DNA of 63,811 bases, filler included, from 14 parts of 14 records of this genome joined end to end with filler, not necessarily neighbours in it; one strand, 5' to 3'. Positions 22,556 through 35,800 are shown, numbered from the whole stretch's first letter. Program-made: numbers and translations. The notes: a model not told the origin generated them from the letters alone.

Positions 22556-24345
22556 CTAGTACGTCAGCAGCAGCAACGAGCTGCACGGACTCTCTGAGCT
22601 GGTTGAGCACGGACTCAGCTGCTTGCTGACTGTGTCGCCAGTCAGCGGTTGGCTGGCACCACCTTTCCAGGTATCTTGGACCAGTACACTAGAACTGGCA
22701 GGAATGCCCAGCTCTGCCAACGTGACACTCACAGCTCCGGGCGCGCCCGTCAACTTGAACAGCGCAACATGCAGACCCTTTTTGCCAGCGTCCGCGGTGC
22801 TCGCAGCGGCCTCTGCGGACCACACAGCCATAGTCGTGTCGCGCTTGACCTGCTTATTCTTGGTGGAGTTGTCTGAAATCGCGAGCACGCGCGGATTCGT
22901 CATGATTGCGATGTGCGGGTTGGCAGGGGAGATCTACGCAGCAATTCATAAAGTTAGTGTTGCCACCAAATCACAGGAGGAGCTGATGAAGTGTAGCCAC
23001 TTACATCCTCGACCTTCCCCCCGTAAATGAGAGGCGAGCGTGCCATAGCCCACAATGTCTGCTGCATGATCATGGACTCGTGGTCTTTGAAAGGATTCAG
23101 CATATCTAGGTCGGGCCACGAAAGCCCGTGAGCCCCAGCGGCCCCAATATACTGCGAATACGTCCCGGCCAGCTCAAAGTGATTTGGCCAGCCTGGTTTC
23201 CCATCCGCGCCATGCCAACCGTGCCAGTCACTGGTCATCCGGTACATGTTTACCAGCGGCGAGGTGATCTTCAGCGCGTTCTTCGGTCCGTTTACTCCCG
23301 CTCCTGATTTGTCCGTCTCAGGGCCGTTGACATCTGCCGGAAAACCCGGGGACAGCGAATACACGAAGGTGTGGCCGGTCTTGTCCATGGCTTTGCGAGC
23401 GGCCTCGATATTTGTGTAAGTGCCAGTGATATTCATGTTCTGGCCAAAGACGCAGTCGTTCTTGATGAAATCGACTCCCCACTCGGCGTACTGGGCATAG
23501 ATGGAGTCGAAGTACTCCTGGGCGCCCGGCTTCGACATGTCTACGCGGCCCCAACCAGAGTTCCATGGGCACCATGTACCGTCGCTCAAGTCAGCTACCT
23601 TAGCGCCAGGGACGCCAAGGACAGTGTACGACCCGTTCATCGCCGCTTTCGGGACTCCGTGCATCACGTGAATACCAAGCTTGAGGCCTAGCGCGTGAAT
23701 GCTCTTCGCGACCGTCTTGAACCCATTGCCACCCTTCGCGGACGGCCACTTGGTCTCGTCGACGACGGCGCGTCCGTGTGCGTCCAGCGAGCTTGCGCTC
23801 TCGCCATCGTTCGGATACCAGAACTCGTCGATCGTGACCGTGTCGTACCCAGACGGCAACATTAGCTTGGCCCACTGAGGTGCCAGCTTCATGAGCTCCG
23901 CCTCATTCAGGTTACCGGCGTATCCATCCCACCTGCATGCGATAGTGTCGTCGACCAGGGCGCGGAGGGCAGCTCAGACGTGCACTACATACAGTGGAGA
24001 CAGACGATGGCTGCAGCGCTGCCGACTCTGGCGCTGGCGCTGTGTACAGGCTCGCTCGTGGACCCCCGCTGTCCACAACTTTTTGTCGCGGTGGACGGAG
24101 GCTAGTTGGGTTCGTGGCCATGCAGTGAAAGTTGGAACTGATGTGTCGGAATCGGCGGCGGGGGGTGAGTAGCTCCTCCAGCAACTCCTCTAACATGATT
24201 GTGTACGATAGTTGTAGACTCACGAGTTCCATCCTTTGGGTGGCTTGCTTGCCACGATAGTCGTCTGCGCGCTGGCAGCTGTAGGAAGCTCTGTGCTTAC
24301 GAGCAGGGTCGCCAGTAGCGCAGTTGCAGCCCTCGCGCCGGCCAT
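22556..24345 (-). CDS. Secreted glycoside hydrolase family 27 (alpha-galactosidase-like)
   Basis: Signal peptide, PPKGWNSWD across intron 23933-24223, IDEFW, WGVDFIKND, WPDLDML and a C-terminal beta-sandwich after intron 22934-23004. Confidence 0.92.
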
Positions 24346-24597
24346 CAAAATCACTAGCTAGCCTACGTGCTGCGCGCCGGCGAGCGCCTGTACGTGTACG
24401 TGCTCGAGGAAGCTTACGCTTGATGAGGCAGCTCGTCCCGCACAGCTATCGCAGCCCGCCGGGGCGGGGCGGCGCCGGGCGCGAGCGCGAGCGCGCGCTC
24501 CGGCGGCGCGTCGCGCGCGCCGGCGCGAGGTCGTCGCGCGCGCGGACACAGCGGCACAACATGCACAATTTCAGATCCAGTCACAGTCAAATGTCCC

Positions 24598-24697
24598 NNN
24601 NNNNNNNNNNNNNNNNNNNNNNNNNNNNNNNNNNNNNNNNNTTAATTAATTAANNNNNNNNNNNNNNNNNNNNNNNNNNNNNNNNNNNNNNNNNNNN
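24598..24697. other. Artificial contig linker
   Basis: N44-TTAATTAATTAA-N44. Confidence 0.99.
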
Positions 24698-24933
24698 CTG
24701 GGAATCGATTCTGGGTGGTGCTCTATATGTCATTGGTATATGAGGTCATGGGCAATAATCGAATGCAATTTCCTAACGCTGTGGGCGCCCTCGCTCGCGG
24801 CGCCGGCGCGGCGCCGCGGCGGCGGCAGCAGCGCACCAGCCACCACCGCCGCCACCAACACTGCCACCAGGAGGAGGAGAAGGAGAAGCAGAAGGAGGGG
24901 GCTACACACGCGCGTTCCCTGTGGTTCCATACA

Positions 24934-27005
24934 ATGGTTGGCTGGGTGGGGCTGTTGCTGCTGGTGGTCACACCAACCGTGTGTGCGCAGCCTACGCCGT
25001 CTATGCCACACCCGAAGGTGCCCACGCCGTGCCTACTCCGGGCAATGGTACTCTTGACAAACTGAGGACGATCAATTATTCATTAGATTCAGTACTGTTT
25101 TTGACTGGTGTGTCGAGGCTAATGGTGCGCGGAGCAGATTCTGGCCGACGGAGAAGATCCCCATCGCCCTGCACGCAGCGAACGAGACCGGAATGTACAG
25201 CGCAGAGGCCATCGAGCAGCTGGCCAAGTATGACATGGTCACCATCGAAAAGTTTGTGCCAACAACCGCAGACTTTCACTGCTTTCAGTCCGGGCCGCTG
25301 ACGATTGTCGCTGCTTCCTGGGCTGGGCTGCTTGCTGCAGGTGGTACACCTTGTGTGGAGCTAAACATCCCCAGCAAGGGACTCCGGAGTGCAACGTCGA
25401 GTCTAAATTCTACGAAACGTTCAATCAGATAGCCGAGCTCAACCCGAAGGGGACTAACATCATGTATCTCAACTCGATGTTCGACTTCGTAAGCTGCCAT
25501 CCCTTGCTTACTTTTTTTTCGTTGAGGCATCCTTCACTTTTCGCGTGTGTTGCAGGCGGCATACAATATACATGGACGAATGATGGAGTTAGAGGCCGCT
25601 GGCAAGCCAGCATTCTTGCGAGATGACAAGGGTGACATCGTCATCCTATGCAACGACGGCAACTTTTACTGCAACATGTGAGAGCCTCACAAACCGCTGT
25701 TGCCTTCGCATTGTAAATTCGAGCTGCATGAACGGTTTGCATGTTCGCACCCACGCCATTGTGTCATCGCAGCACGACGTTTGACCACACCAAGCCGTAC
25801 GTCCGCGAACTGTGGCTGAACACGATGCTCAATGCGACCAAACTCGGGTCGGTCGGAGGCGTGTGAGTCACACTTGTCATCTGAGTGTACTCGTTCGATG
25901 CGCTCTGCTGATGCTGCTACGGCCGGTATGATTGGACCAGCTTTGCCGATCACGGATGGGGAACCAATATCGGGAAGTCAAATGGAGACGGGACGTCTAC
26001 GCTGTGCAACGGGGGAGGAGCACTCCGTTCGTGTTGGAACTTCACCGCGTCGTTTAGTGCTGAGTTCAACGAAGCTCATCGATGGCTGCTGAACACCTCT
26101 CAGAACATGCTGGCGGGGCTTCCAAAGCACGGGCCAACTGTCAACGGACCGTACTCACAGTGGGGTGGGAGAGCTGGTGACCCATGTGACTTTGATACGA
26201 TGCGCGAAGTTTCCACGAAGGTGGTCGAGCATGCGGTGGTTGAGTGCTCTGCTGGTGCCTGCGAGATCGATCCAGAGGATGGAGGCGGTGTGTCCTCCTG
26301 CATGGCTGCCTTCATGATGTGGATGCGTCCAGGGATGTATATGAGCTGTGTGGATCCACATGAAAGTCGCTGGGGTGGTCTCCCGCCGTTTTACGACGAG
26401 TGGAACAAGAAGCTTGGGCCATCAACGGTAACACGTTATAGTCTTAGCAGAATTCATATCAGGATAGTTTTGCTTGTCCAACAGTCGTGCTGGAGCGTAG
26501 AACTGTGCATGAAGTGGGATATGATTGCGTGGTGCCTTGTCACTCTCAATTTATGCGTTGGGCCGGCCTGCAACAGGGACCGGCGTCAGAGACCAGTCCC
26601 GGGGTGTGGACGCGTACTTTCCAGCACGCAGAGCTTGTGAAGCCGACTACTGTCACATACTACACAGCGAATAAGACAGGCACGATCGAGTGGGCAGATG
26701 GACCAGCAGGCCCGCCCAAGATCTGGCCGGGAAACCCAGATCCGCCGCCGCCGCCATCGCCGCCCGCGCCACCAGCACCTGCGTCTTGCGGTGCCGTTCT
26801 AGCTAACACCGGCGTTGCGAACTTTGATATCGTGGCGCCCATAGAAGCAGTAAGCGTGGACGAATGCTGCGCTCTCTGTCAGAATCATACAGGCTGTTCG
26901 ATCTGGGCATGGCATGCGGAACAGCCAGGTAGCCCGTGTCACCTTCACTCTAAGAAGGGAGAGATCAACCACCACCGCGGATGCTACGCTGGAGTGCTGA
27001 AGTAG
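24934..27005 (+). CDS. Secreted putative glycoside hydrolase (GHL15-like) + Pro linker + PAN/Apple domain, 7 exons
   Basis: Signal peptide, LAKYDMVTIEKW, GGVFADH, EWNKKLGPSTGPA...VWTRTF and PAN ECCALCQNHTGCSIWAW...CHL. Introns 25029-25137, 25252-25340, 25489-25555, 25678-25772, 25863-25940 and 26428-26576. The family assignment is from motif recall only. Confidence 0.75.
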
Positions 27006-27232
27006 ATGAGAGGAGCGATGTTCTGATGTGTCTGCGCACCAATGTGCACAGAGACGGCGCCTGGAGCTCTCTATAGGTGAATCGTGGATTCGATCCATTC
27101 AAAAAAACAAGTGGCGATGCTACTGGTAGGCGAATGAACAGAATCGTCCGCACGATCCCTTGTACCTGCAACCGCTGGTAGAGAAGTGAACATCTTTCCG
27201 CATTCCAGCTCCCGTGTGCAGTTCTGATCTAG

Positions 27233-29057
27233 TCAAATCATTGAGCGATGCAGAGACTTAATCGCTCCAGAACCGTCAGGAAAGAAAAGCTTTTGCGCGG
27301 TCTTCCCGAGATACCACTCAACCTCGTCTTCACTTAGCTCCCATGCGTTCTGCGCATGCAGCCAGTTATGATTAGCATCGGTCAATGTCCACGGTCTCGA
27401 TGAGCAAGTCATGAGCGTTGGCAACTTTACTGCTTTGACGTCACACAATGTGGACTGCGAAAACCAAAATGACATGTGAACGAATGCAACGAGTCAACGC
27501 GTACACGGGCAATCTTGAGTTCGTCCTCGAGTGTGGGCCAACCAGCAGCAACGCGGTGAGCCGTGTCTGGATCTGCGCAGCAATACGTGTCAATACAATC
27601 ATGCCGTAGAGCCAAGCACAGCAGGCGAAAGAGGCGGGCAAACGGTCGCATACAACCAGTTCCCCACATGACTCGCTCCTTCCCAAAGCAGCCAACAGCC
27701 AACTGAACGCATTTTTTCATGTCATTGTGCGGATACCTGTCCCAATCAAAGCAATCGATGAGCATCAGTCTGTGCTTCGAACTTCCTTCTCGCAGCAGGA
27801 TTTATCATTAGTCTTGGATGTACGTGAGTTGAATGGAATAGCCACGAGTCGTTTGACCGATTGTGCACGTCACTGATCTTCATCATGATGTTTGGATGCC
27901 GTGCGAGGTCAAGAATAGGGCGATACCCGGCCCAGTCGTCTTTTCCGAGGTCGGCGCCTGATGACATGTCCCCCGCTGGGTACGGGTACGACCTGACAGC
28001 GGCGGTGAAGCACCCACGTGTCAGAGAATTGTATGTGCGTGGGCAAACATGGTTGGGTGGGGGGGGTTCAGCAAAGCGGCTTTGGTGTCCCCCGATCGCG
28101 AGTGAATTCCTGTCCCCTAAGTCATGTTACGCTCAATTGTAGAGTATGCAAGCACGCACATGTGGTCAAGCAGCCAGGTGATACCTGGCCATTTGCGGGC
28201 TGCATATTCTACTTGCAGGATCTCCGGCTGTGGCGAGTGCAACTGCACAATCCCGCCTCGCACTTGAATTGCGTCAAACAGTGCCTCGTTGTGTGGAAGC
28301 TTGAGAATTTCGCCGTGCACAGTGCTGCTACTGGCGTGGATACTGCGATCCATCCCTGGGCGTGCAGAAGGGACTCCGGTGTGATCTGGAACAGGCACGC
28401 AGTGACGGCAGCAACGGTGACTAGTGTCAGATTGGACCAAGGCGTCAGACGCTGCCAAACTGTGCCACTTGACGGACAATATGACGGATGGAACCGAAAT
28501 CCCGACATGCCACGGTGATCCATCCAGTAGATTGCGTGTTTGACTGCCTCCGGGTCCAGGGGGTCGACCATCCCCATCGATCGACATCGGCTCGGGAAGC
28601 GAAGCGCTGCCGCTGCCACGTACTCGTTATTCCAGGTTGAGAAGCTCGTTTGGACCAATACTGCGCCGTCGACGCCGCAGCGCTCCATGTCTTCGAGAAG
28701 GAGTTCCACTCGGCCAGAGTCTGTCGGCTCGCTGGACCAGAAGGGTGGGGCGGATCTCAGCCCTGGTGTCGCATGTGGCGTGTCCTTGTCCACTCCACTG
28801 TGCGCACTCATGATACCATCCACCTCCCACACATGTACCTGCAGCTCCATGGAATCACCATATAATGATCAGCAGCCACAGCAGCACTGCAACCTGCAGT
28901 AGATCTAAACATGGTACACTGAATGCGTCCCCAGCTCTAAGCGATGCAGGCTCGTCGTCGGTTCGGCGGCAGAGTGTGCGTATCGTACGTGTGTGTCAAT
29001 AACTTTGTAGTCGACCGGCTCTGCGTACTCCCAACCCGTCGAGCGCGAGGTGTTCAT
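27233..29057 (-). CDS. Amidohydrolase_2 family metal-dependent hydrolase (lactonase-like), 7 exons
   Basis: IDTHVHVW, GVDGAVLVQ, GFRFHP, LLDHM, MKISD and FGKERVMWGTGYP. Introns 28839-28988, 28386-28477, 27993-28159, 27737-27845, 27573-27653 and 27350-27504. Confidence 0.88.
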
Positions 29058-29229
29058 CGCCGTGTGTACACACGTACCCGAGTGAAGCCGTTTCGTCGGT
29101 CTTCTCCAACGCACGAAGGAGCGAGCGTTTGCTGTTTCGCCTTCGTCGCCGGTCCGCCGGACGCGGCGCGCGCGACCGCGCGCGTTCACTGCATCCAGTG
29201 GTTGCTACGCCTAGATCTAGGCCCCAGAT

Positions 29230-29329
29230 NNNNNNNNNNNNNNNNNNNNNNNNNNNNNNNNNNNNNNNNNNNNTTAATTAATTAANNNNNNNNNNNNNNN
29301 NNNNNNNNNNNNNNNNNNNNNNNNNNNNN
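29230..29329. other. Artificial contig linker
   Basis: N44-TTAATTAATTAA-N44. Confidence 0.99.
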
Positions 29330-29330
29330 T

Positions 29331-30605
29331 GCTACGTTTGAGAAGCAGATGAAAGAATTGCAGGATATGGCAGAAAGCGAGACCCAGGGACGTAGACAGG
29401 CGCAAGATGCAGAGCGTCAGGCCAGGGAAGAGGCAGAAGCGGCCAAGGCAAAGGTGGATATCTTAGAAACAGCTGCTCAACGTACAGCTACAATAGTGGA
29501 AGAAGCTGCTGAGGCCAAGGCACAAGCGAAGAAAGATGCGGATGCGCGTTCTGCTGCAGAGCAAGCGATGGCTGCTGCCAAAATAGAGGCAGCTGAGGCA
29601 GATGAGCGGCATCGAGCTGTGCTTGAGGCTGAAATGGCAACACAGGCGAAGCTAGTTGCACAGGCCGAGCAGCTGGCAGAGGAGCGAGAAAAGGCCATTG
29701 AGCTTCAGAGGTCACGCTCTGCGATGCAAGAGGAGGCCCGCACTGCGACAGCACAAGCTGCAAAACATTCTGAGACGATAGACACAGTCCAAGAGCGCTG
29801 GCAAGAAGCAGCGATTCGTCGTATGCGACACGGTCTTTTATCACGGTGTTTCCGAGCTTGGAGCGATGTCACGGTCGACATAAAGTTCGACCTGCAGATT
29901 GATGAGTTGCAAAAGCTTGCTGATGAAGAGACGGAGAAGTGTAGGGCAGCGCAGGCGGCCGAACGGCTGGCACGTGAGCAGGCCGAAGTTGCATCGCGTA
30001 AAGCTCTCCATCAAGAAGCTTCGATGGCAAAAGAGACCCGACGTCGCCAAGAAGCTGAAGCTCGCCTCGAGGCTCTTGGAGATGCACAGCTGAAGCAACC
30101 CTCTGCACGAGCGGCAGCCCTACCACCTACACTGTCGACTCACGAACCGAGCACGCCGACAAGATCCACCTCAGCCGTTGAACCAGTGACGCCATCCGCT
30201 GGAATAGCGACGGGAGCAGCTACACCACAACGACAAGGAGTGATGCCAGACTCAACCTCCGTCACTCCCTCTCAAAAGACCCCAGTACAAATGGTGTCCA
30301 CACCATCGACGCCGGGGAGCGCGTTTCGTGGAAGGCAGGGAGCCGCATACTTCAAAGTCCTGCAACGTTCAGTGGTCCGGGCTGGGGTTGAGATGGACTC
30401 TCCGAAAAAGAAAGAAATGGAGGTGGGCGATGTGATTGAGGTCGAGGAGACGGCACATAATTCGAAAGGGACGTTGCGGGTTCGGTTTTCAGAAGGATGG
30501 ACGTCGGTACAGTCGGGTTCTGGTGTGCAGATACTACAGCGCTGCGACGCAGATGGAAGCCCGCTTGTCGGAACGGTTCAGCCATTACATAATCCTGAGC
30601 TGTAA
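29331..30605 (+). CDS. Coiled-coil protein with C-terminal SH3-like domain, 5' partial
   Basis: Long E/A/K/Q coiled coil, a P/T/S linker, then YFKVLQRSVVRAGVEMDS...GDVIEV...RVRFSEGWTS. Confidence 0.75.
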   Translation, partial: ATFEKQMKELQDMAESETQGRRQAQDAERQAREEAEAAKAKVDILETAAQRTATIVEEAAEAKAQAKKDADARSAAEQAMAAAKIEAAEADERHRAVLEAEMATQAKLVAQAEQLAEEREKAIELQRSRSAMQEEARTATAQAAKHSETIDTVQERWQEAAIRRMRHGLLSRCFRAWSDVTVDIKFDLQIDELQKLADEETEKCRAAQAAERLAREQAEVASRKALHQEASMAKETRRRQEAEARLEALGDAQLKQPSARAAALPPTLSTHEPSTPTRSTSAVEPVTPSAGIATGAATPQRQGVMPDSTSVTPSQKTPVQMVSTPSTPGSAFRGRQGAAYFKVLQRSVVRAGVEMDSPKKKEMEVGDVIEVEETAHNSKGTLRVRFSEGWTSVQSGSGVQILQRCDADGSPLVGTVQPLHNPEL

Positions 30606-30785
30606 ATGCGGATGGTCGCTGTGAGCACAAGTGCTGGTGCTGCAAGAGTTTCATTTGCAATAATTCGAATGAAGATAATTCACGGATTGTGCTTATTCGG
30701 ACCCTTTGGAGTTCCAGCGATGCCTGCAGTCCCCTCCGTTTGCAGCTCGTTTGCAGCTGCGACTCGCTTTTGTCTTTGCACGAGC

Positions 30786-32723
30786 TCAATCAGAACCTAC
30801 GAAAGCGGTAGATCCAGTCCCACTTATGAGCTGTGGTCTCATCCCCTCTGCGTGCTTGTCGCCAGCAGTGCAGGGCTCGGGCGAGAGTTCTTGCGCAACT
30901 GTCTGCTCCACCGTCAAAGCATCGCGGAATCGTGCTTTCAGGTACTCTTTTGCAAGCTTACGCACCAAAACTTGCTGGACACCTGCAATATCCGCCGCAG
31001 TTGTGGCGCCCAACCCTTCTGCTAAATGAATGCCACGCTGCGCGGATTTTTCCGCTGAGGGGTCAAACACGAACTCGCCTGGGAAGAGCAAAGCAGCACA
31101 GCCACGGATGACGGACTCAGACGTCAAGTCGAGCTGACCACGTTGATCCAAGAGGTGCGCAGAGATCTGTCCGTCCTCCCCGCGTGGCCGAGGGAACAAC
31201 ACGTCACCGCCACCGCTGGCGGCTTCACTTCTCTGACCTCTCTGCCGCGGCGAGTCCCTGGTTTGGCCTTCCTCCTGTGCTCGCTCCAGCCTTTTCATCA
31301 GGCCTTCCCCACTAGCACATGTGCTGCTACCATTTGTACCCGCCACAACGCCGCTCGGCCCCCCATTCGAGCTAGCCGCAGCCGGTAGCAAGGGGCTGCT
31401 GCTTGGCACTGTTCCAGGTGGTAGCAGCATCGCAAGGCCAAGATCGTGAAAACGCATGGGATCACGCATCTCCCCCGCCGTCGGAGGTGCACCTCTACGT
31501 GACGGGGTGGAACCCTTGTTGGCCCGCATCTGTGAGAGCCTCTTAGCCGCTGCCTTTTTTTCTTTAGCCTCGGCCATCACATCCACGAGCCCGGAGCCAA
31601 TGATACCGGAGGGCAATGCCACGACTGCCACACCGAAAAAACCCCAGACGACTGCGATCATCTGGCCCGTCGGCGTGCACGGATGCATATCGCCGTAACC
31701 CTGAGCGACCACGGGGACACGAGTGAGTGAAAAAGGTGTAGTGCGTGCACAGCTATCGGTCTAGCAAGACGTACGACTGTGGTGATTGTCATCGCAGACC
31801 AGTAGATGCAGCGGCTGAGCGACTTGAAGCGGGCCCGCATCAGGCCTTCATCTGCACCACACTCGTCAAACTGATTATTGTCGCCATAACCAAGCACCTG
31901 CTCAACGCCCGACAAAACAGATATCAGAGCTGACTCCACAGTCTGACTCGTCCGATGTCATCAGGGAGTCCATCGCACCTGCTGATATTCGACAAAGAAG
32001 ATAAGCACGGCGCCAAGCACCATGAGCACCCCTGCCAAGAAAAAGCACAGCAGTAGCTCCGAAGCGCTCGAGGTAAGCACCTTGGCCACCCGACGAAAGG
32101 CGGGGGATTGGGTCTCCAGGCGAAGGATGGTGATCGCGAATTGAAAGATGCGGAACATTCGCAGCGTAGAGCCGACACCCTTCATCTGCTCAGTCGCCCA
32201 GTACTCTAGCAGCAGATCAACCCAAAAAGCGACGCACACCACTGCGTCAAAGATCGCGGTCGGATTGGTGGCCCAGCGTAGCCGCATCATCCACAACATT
32301 GCGCGCCCGTTCTGCCGATCGCTCACTCGCTGCTTTGCGCACTCGCCCACGAGCCACGGTGGCCAGAACGAATCGATCCCACCAGGCGTTTCAACACAGG
32401 ACCAGAACCGCAGCAGGTACTCGACTGTGAACAGGATGGTTGAGACGGCCTCAAACACATTGTAGAAAGCGGCGAAGGTCGGGTCGTCGGGCACACCGTC
32501 CTCGTCGTCATCCGTCATGAAGGCCGCGAACGCGACGTTCAGCAGGATCAGCCCGGAGATCCCGTACATGAACACTCGGCTGTGCGTCGTCACGTTGTAG
32601 GCTGCGAGGCGCGAACATCGCTTCGGTCTGCCGGGTGGCGCCGCCACGAGCGACTCCTCCATCTCATACAGCGACATCTTTCCTTCCCGTACTTCAGCAG
32701 GCACGCTCCCTCGGCGCCCCGCG
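30786..32723 (-). CDS. 6TM voltage-gated-type potassium channel, probably 5' partial
   Basis: S2 FEAVSTILFTVEYLLRFWS, S4 LRMFRIF, pore YWSAMTITTV|GYGDMHP split by intron 31701-31774, and S6 VALPSGIIGSG. Another intron at 31898-31978. Confidence 0.92.
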
Positions 32724-32823
32724 NNNNNNNNNNNNNNNNNNNNNNNNNNNNNNNNNNNNNNNNNNNNTTAATTAATTAANNNNNNNNNNNNNNNNNNNNN
32801 NNNNNNNNNNNNNNNNNNNNNNN
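32724..32823. other. Artificial contig linker
   Basis: N44-TTAATTAATTAA-N44. Confidence 0.99.
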
Positions 32824-35800
32824 TGCAAGACCATTCAAATTCGAACTCACTAGACGAATCCTGTTGCAAATCATCAGGATCGTAGGTATCAGTACCGTCC
32901 AGCACAAGACTAGATCCCACAGCAACCGTGCGGCTGCCTCCTTTTACCACTGCAACTATGTTTGAGGGCTCTACGTGCACCCGAACAGATGCCTGGACGA
33001 ACAAAGTGCTGTTGTCGCTAGGCGTTGCTCGAACGGATACTGTGAAATTTGCGCCTGCTGGTAGCACATATGGTGCAATGTACAGGTCTTGAGCCGTGTC
33101 AGTTCCTCGCGCGACTGAAAATGCAGAAAGGTCTGGCAAACACCTGCTGACTACACATGCGTCTCCGCACTGTACAAAATCTGGTCGACCTGTCGCATCT
33201 CGTACACTGGAGCATTGGTCAACGAACATAATATCAACAGCATCGTTGATGGACCACTCGTATTGCATGCCTTTGACGGTGTCAAAGCAGCTTGCCATAT
33301 CAACAAGAGTATACAGCCGCAGGGCATCGCTGCGCTTGATGTATAGCGTATCTGGGCCAGTGATGATGACAGACGGGTGTGCATCGTACGTCTTTTCGAT
33401 CGTCTTTCTGACGGTAGCAGCCCCGCCCATGTAGTTTGTCACAGTTGCTTCGAAAACATACGCGTAGCCAGATAATAAATCCTCTGGACCAAACGTAAAC
33501 CCTTGGCCGAAGTCAGGAGCACTAGAAATGGCAGCAGACAGGAAATATTGGTACTCTATCTCGTATGCAGTGGCGTTAACGGGTGCGATATAATGACAGT
33601 AAGCAGGCGCATACAAGCAGTTGACCATCCCAGTAGGATAATAGTCTCCCTCGATGAAGGTCAGGCCTTCGACTATGTCAACAGCTGCGCATATGTCTGC
33701 ATCGTCTGTGCCCCAGCACCGCTCTGTCACAGGTGCAACATATACGTGCTGACATCCTGGTTGGTCAGTGCAGTAGTTGTCAGGCATGTCAACAGTCCAA
33801 AGATTGCACCCATTCGCTTCATCCCCTTCGCAAGTCTCGCTTTCGACCACTTCAGCGATGTACCCACAGTCTCCAGCATCCAAGCAAGCGGCTGCGCTCT
33901 GTGCAGCATCCCCGCTGAGGTCCACAGCTGCACATCGTTCGACATCGTTTGTGCCAACACAATTTTCCGCTACATCGACAACTGCCGGGTCGATCGCAAT
34001 TATGTCGAGTGACCATTCCACGCTGCTGATCGGCCTACCGCCAAGATTCAGTGTACTTGACAGGTCCAGAGACAAAGCTTCACACTCAGCCACACGCGTC
34101 GGCACTTGCAGAACCGGAATCGGAGCTCTGGGTTGCGATGAATATACCACGGTGGCCAATGTGTCGCTTGCGTATGAATTCTCTGCAATGTTGAGAATCA
34201 GACTGTTGCGCAACTGTATTTCATCACCCTGATCGAGCATCCGCACAAGCGAGGAATCGTTGTATGCACCGAAAAAGACGTCCAGCGTAGCATCGTTCTT
34301 CCATGTGCAACGCGGATCGATGCCCAACGAGTACGATGTGTTCATATCCAGCACGCGACCGCAGGGAAAAAATCCAATTAGGTTGCCACGGTTTGTGGGT
34401 ACATCGAAGATCAGCCGCACATGTGTGCCCGTATCTGCGATCTCTGCTGATAAAAGCTGTGGCGAGGGACGCTGAAGCGCCACAGGCCCAATCGCAGGAC
34501 TCCCAGACACATGGCCAACCGTTTTACCTTCTTCATCACAGAAAAGCACATGAACACTGTAGTCACCAGCAGGCAATGTCGGTGCCTCAAACGTGTAGTA
34601 GAAGCGATAGAACGCAGCAGTTTTTCCTCCCGGGCGAGACTCTTCAGTCCAAATCTGTTCGCTCGTTACCAGTTTGCTGCCGGCCTGGTAACCAGAAAAC
34701 GTTGTTCGCGATGGAAGCCACGGATACAACTCTTCGTCACTACTACTGTTGTGGAAAACCATAGATCGCAACGTCTTCGGCGCAAGGATTGTGGGATTGC
34801 AGTATCGGTCGTATGACTCGACAACGTATGTGAACGCGTCTTGTGCCATGAGAGGCGAAGCCAACGTGTCTGCATGCACAGTTAGCTGAGTGCACGACTG
34901 GTGTGCAATTGCCGGCAGCACGGTCAAGTAAGTTTTTTGCATGACCATGTTCCTGGGCAGCATTGGCACGACCCTGAAATCATTGTCGACGAAAACCTCT
35001 ACATAAGAGTCGCCAGCAACAGTTTCGATGTACGTTGCTCGGAATATGCCAGCAGATACGTGTGTGAAAACCATCGTAGACACCGGGCATGAAACCATCC
35101 CCATAGCTTCCAGCCAAGCATACAAATCGCCACTAAGCTCTCTGCATATGTGTAAGTCGGATCGAACTTTGAAATGATCCACAGTGTACTCGTCATCGCC
35201 TTCTGGTGCCCTCGTGAGTAAGTTTCCGTATTGATCTCTGAGCTCGACAACATACGATGCCTGTTCACCAGCCACAGTCTCTTGCAGCCCCATGCCATAC
35301 AGAGTGGAGTGCACCGGTGAAAGCGAAGCAGGGTCGACCGCAAACACAAACGGGTTCGACTGCCGGTGCCCAATCAGCTGTCTAGGTTCGTTGGTAGCGG
35401 TTACCCACACTGTGGCCTGAAATGTCCCAGTTTTGGTCAGCCACCCATCCAGTTGATATATTCCAGATGTCTCGATCGTCGGCACGATCGGCACAGCATA
35501 CGGCTGTGGTATGTGCCAGCGATGATCTGGCACGGTCTGGTACAGTTGCGCTGTAAAGTTCAAATGATCTGCAACTAAGTTGCCATAGCTGTCTACAGCA
35601 TGGACAAAAATGCGAATCGATCCAGCCGGCATGGAGTTGCGCTCGCAACGCACAGCGACGGAAGTAGGAGTCAGCGCGCAATCAAACGCAGAGTCGCTCT
35701 CGCTCTTATACCCGATGTACGTGTTTTGAACGCTAAAGGCAGCAGCGACCACAACCACCGAAGTTAATGCCTCCGTGCCATCTGTCGGGCTGAGCAGTGG

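Noticed and set aside
24281-24300. 20-nt GTAAGC...TACAG as a tiny intron in GH27
   Set aside because: Reading through keeps the frame and signal peptide, while removing it would shift the frame.
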